Shown: piece after piece, positions 60,136 to 64,000 of the stretch
Layout of the letters: each line of letters opens with the position of its first letter
Position numbering within the stretch: position 1 is the stretch's first letter
Assembly: GCF_009914755.1 (NCBI RefSeq)
Contig: NC_060942.1
Direction: 5' to 3' (one strand)
Source of the DNA: the human T2T-CHM13v2.0 reference genome, Homo sapiens
DNA: 64,000 nt
Notes under the pieces: model-generated
The model's database searches: none
Seen by the model: the letters and a program-made list of their open reading frames with translations, nothing else
Told to the model about the DNA's origin: nothing
Position numbers and translations under genes: made by a program

Positions 60136-60808
60136 GTAAACATACACACACTTATTAAGGGCATTAATTATATATTACACATAATGAACAATAGGCTAAT
60201 AAATATATAAAATATATATAATAAGAAGGTGAATTGAAAGTATTAAGAAATAATTATAAAAAGTGTGGGGTAACAGATGTTAGACTCTTTAGCCTAGTTT
60301 TGGATGACAGTCATTTGCAGATATAGTTTTTGTGAGAGACATCTTACTCTGTAAATCATTTGGAGAGACACCCACAATATTTCATAAAGATGAAAATTTA
60401 TTTCTAGTGAAATTATATACTTGTCAATAAATAGTAACTTTAAAATTTTAGTTGATTGTAAATGACCTTTTCTAATTCGGGAGTAATTATGACTGTGTGA
60501 TTTGAAAAGGTAATTTTGAACTTGTAACTTTACTGAATTATCTCCAGTATCCTTTTTTATAATATATACTAGAGTGACTAGTAATAAAACCTTTAGCAGA
60601 ATATTCTTTCCTTACTACTTTTCAGGTATATGCATTCTTTTGAAGATGTTGAAGTGAGAAATTAAATATCTGAGAACTGCAAAGGAAAAATAATCCAGAA
60701 CATAGAAATCTTATTAGGATAATAAACAACATCTGCAGAGGTAGATAACAGGATGAACTCTTTATTTTTTAACAAAATGAATTTTAAGATAAATGTCTTT
60801 ATCTGCAG

Positions 60809-60989
60809 ATGCACCTTAAAACAAGAAAATGAAGAAAAAACAAATGTTAATATGCTGCACAAAAAAAATCGAGAAGAATTAGAAAGGAAAGAGAAACAAT
60901 ATAAGAAAGAAGTTGAAGCAAAACAACTTGAACCAACTGTTCAATCACTAGAGATGAAACCAAAGACTGCAAGAAATACTCCAAATCAG
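60809..60989 (+). pseudogene. ANKRD20A5P: ANKRD20A exon 14 (coiled coil)
   Basis: gcag/A; CTLKQENEEKTNVNMLHKKNREELERKEKQYKKEVEAKQLEPTVQSLEMKPKTARNTPNQ; CAG/GTAAAT. Confidence 0.9.
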
Positions 60990-62160
60990 GTAAATCAATC
61001 TTTGGTAAAAATTCTATATTTTAAACTTTATTTTATCAATGTTACTTATAATATCCACTTGATTGAATATATATTATTTAGGTAAAAAACAAACCAGAAA
61101 TGTTATCTCATTTTTAAAAATGAGTGATGACACTTACAGGTACAATTATTAATATTTACTATAAATCTTGGCATCCACATAGGATATTATTTTATTACAA
61201 AGAGCTTTTGAAAACAATAATATGCCATAATATATACTTAGTGATAACCTATTGATAAAGATTTTGTTCCCAGTAAAATTGTTCCATGTACTTTCCCCTA
61301 TTTCATATTGATTACTGTACCTAATATTATAAAGAGGAGACAGAAATTATTGCAATCACAAATAACTCATGATAATCTTAGAAGAGCTCTATAAATTTTA
61401 TCTTATTTACCACTGGTGTTTTGAAATAAAAGTTTTCTTTCATATGGATATATTTACACCACAGAAGTAATTGTGATCTGTTGGAGAACTAGAAGTAGAG
61501 TCAGAAGTCCTGGGGAAAATCCTGTAGCTTGCTTATATTTTTAACCTTTCTTTCTCAAAATTATGGTAACTAGATGAGTTCATCAATGAATGTATATAGG
61601 AGTGACTAGTATAATGTCTAGATTTATGATTTAGTAAATGTAATTCTTATAACTGACTATAAAAGTGTTAAAAGAGTCAAATTGAAATAGAATGTTATCA
61701 GTGAACTGTAATAACTCTGGGAAATTTTATCTGTCCAAATATGTGTGAACTAAGGTTCTTACTATAGGGTGGTGTATGGGTTAGATATCAAAGTGTAAAT
61801 GCAATTTTTTGATATATTTTAATTTAGTCAAATTTGTTAATGCTTTAATTTATACTTTTGAGTTTGTTGTAATTCAGGGAAAGGCTTTTCCAATTCTGAA
61901 ATTCTTAAAAATTCTCTGGTGTGCATGTGTGTGTGTGTGTTTACTTTTATAAATTCATTGACTTTAAATAAATTTCTGAACTTTTTGGAATTTATGCTCT
62001 ATAAGGTTCAAAATTTTGCTTCAACTTTTTCTCCAGTTGGATATCCACTTACAGTAACCTTTTTAGTGCATGGATGTGCAGGTTATTCTTTAACTTCAGA
62101 GGTAATCATGATATGTTATTTTATTGAGTACTAGCTAAAACTTTCTTTTGTATTATTTAG

Positions 62161-64000
<1,840 letters not shown>

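Overview
Primate, most likely human, pericentromeric segmental-duplication DNA. There are no prokaryotic features. 1-11.3 kb is retrotransposon debris: old L1 fragments, Alus, and a 5'-intact, 3'-truncated L1PA6-like element. 11.3-15.3 kb is a G-skewed CAGGG/CAGGGC repeat with internal higher-order duplications. 15.3-19.7 kb is a GC-rich block with inverted ~46-bp minisatellite arms around a compact CCAAT-TATA-Inr promoter and a BAGE/ACRO1-like module. 20.3-62.7 kb is a + strand, 15-exon ANKRD20A-family unprocessed pseudogene; exons 1-3 match my recollection of ANKRD20A5P. It has four readable disabling lesions, an intronic U6 pseudogene and a fossil CCDC144-like exon. Exon 15 is interrupted by a retrotransposed chimera: the spliced 5' part of RHOT1 (MIRO1) joined at a splice site to the Alu-like domain of an SVA, whose VNTR runs off the window. 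That RHOT1-SVA exon-trap class is probably already published. The least-explained observation is the TATA-driven BAGE-like candidate first exon at 18.2-18.5 kb, which is in phase with ANKRD20A exon 2. All family assignments come from memory of reference sequences; no searches were run.
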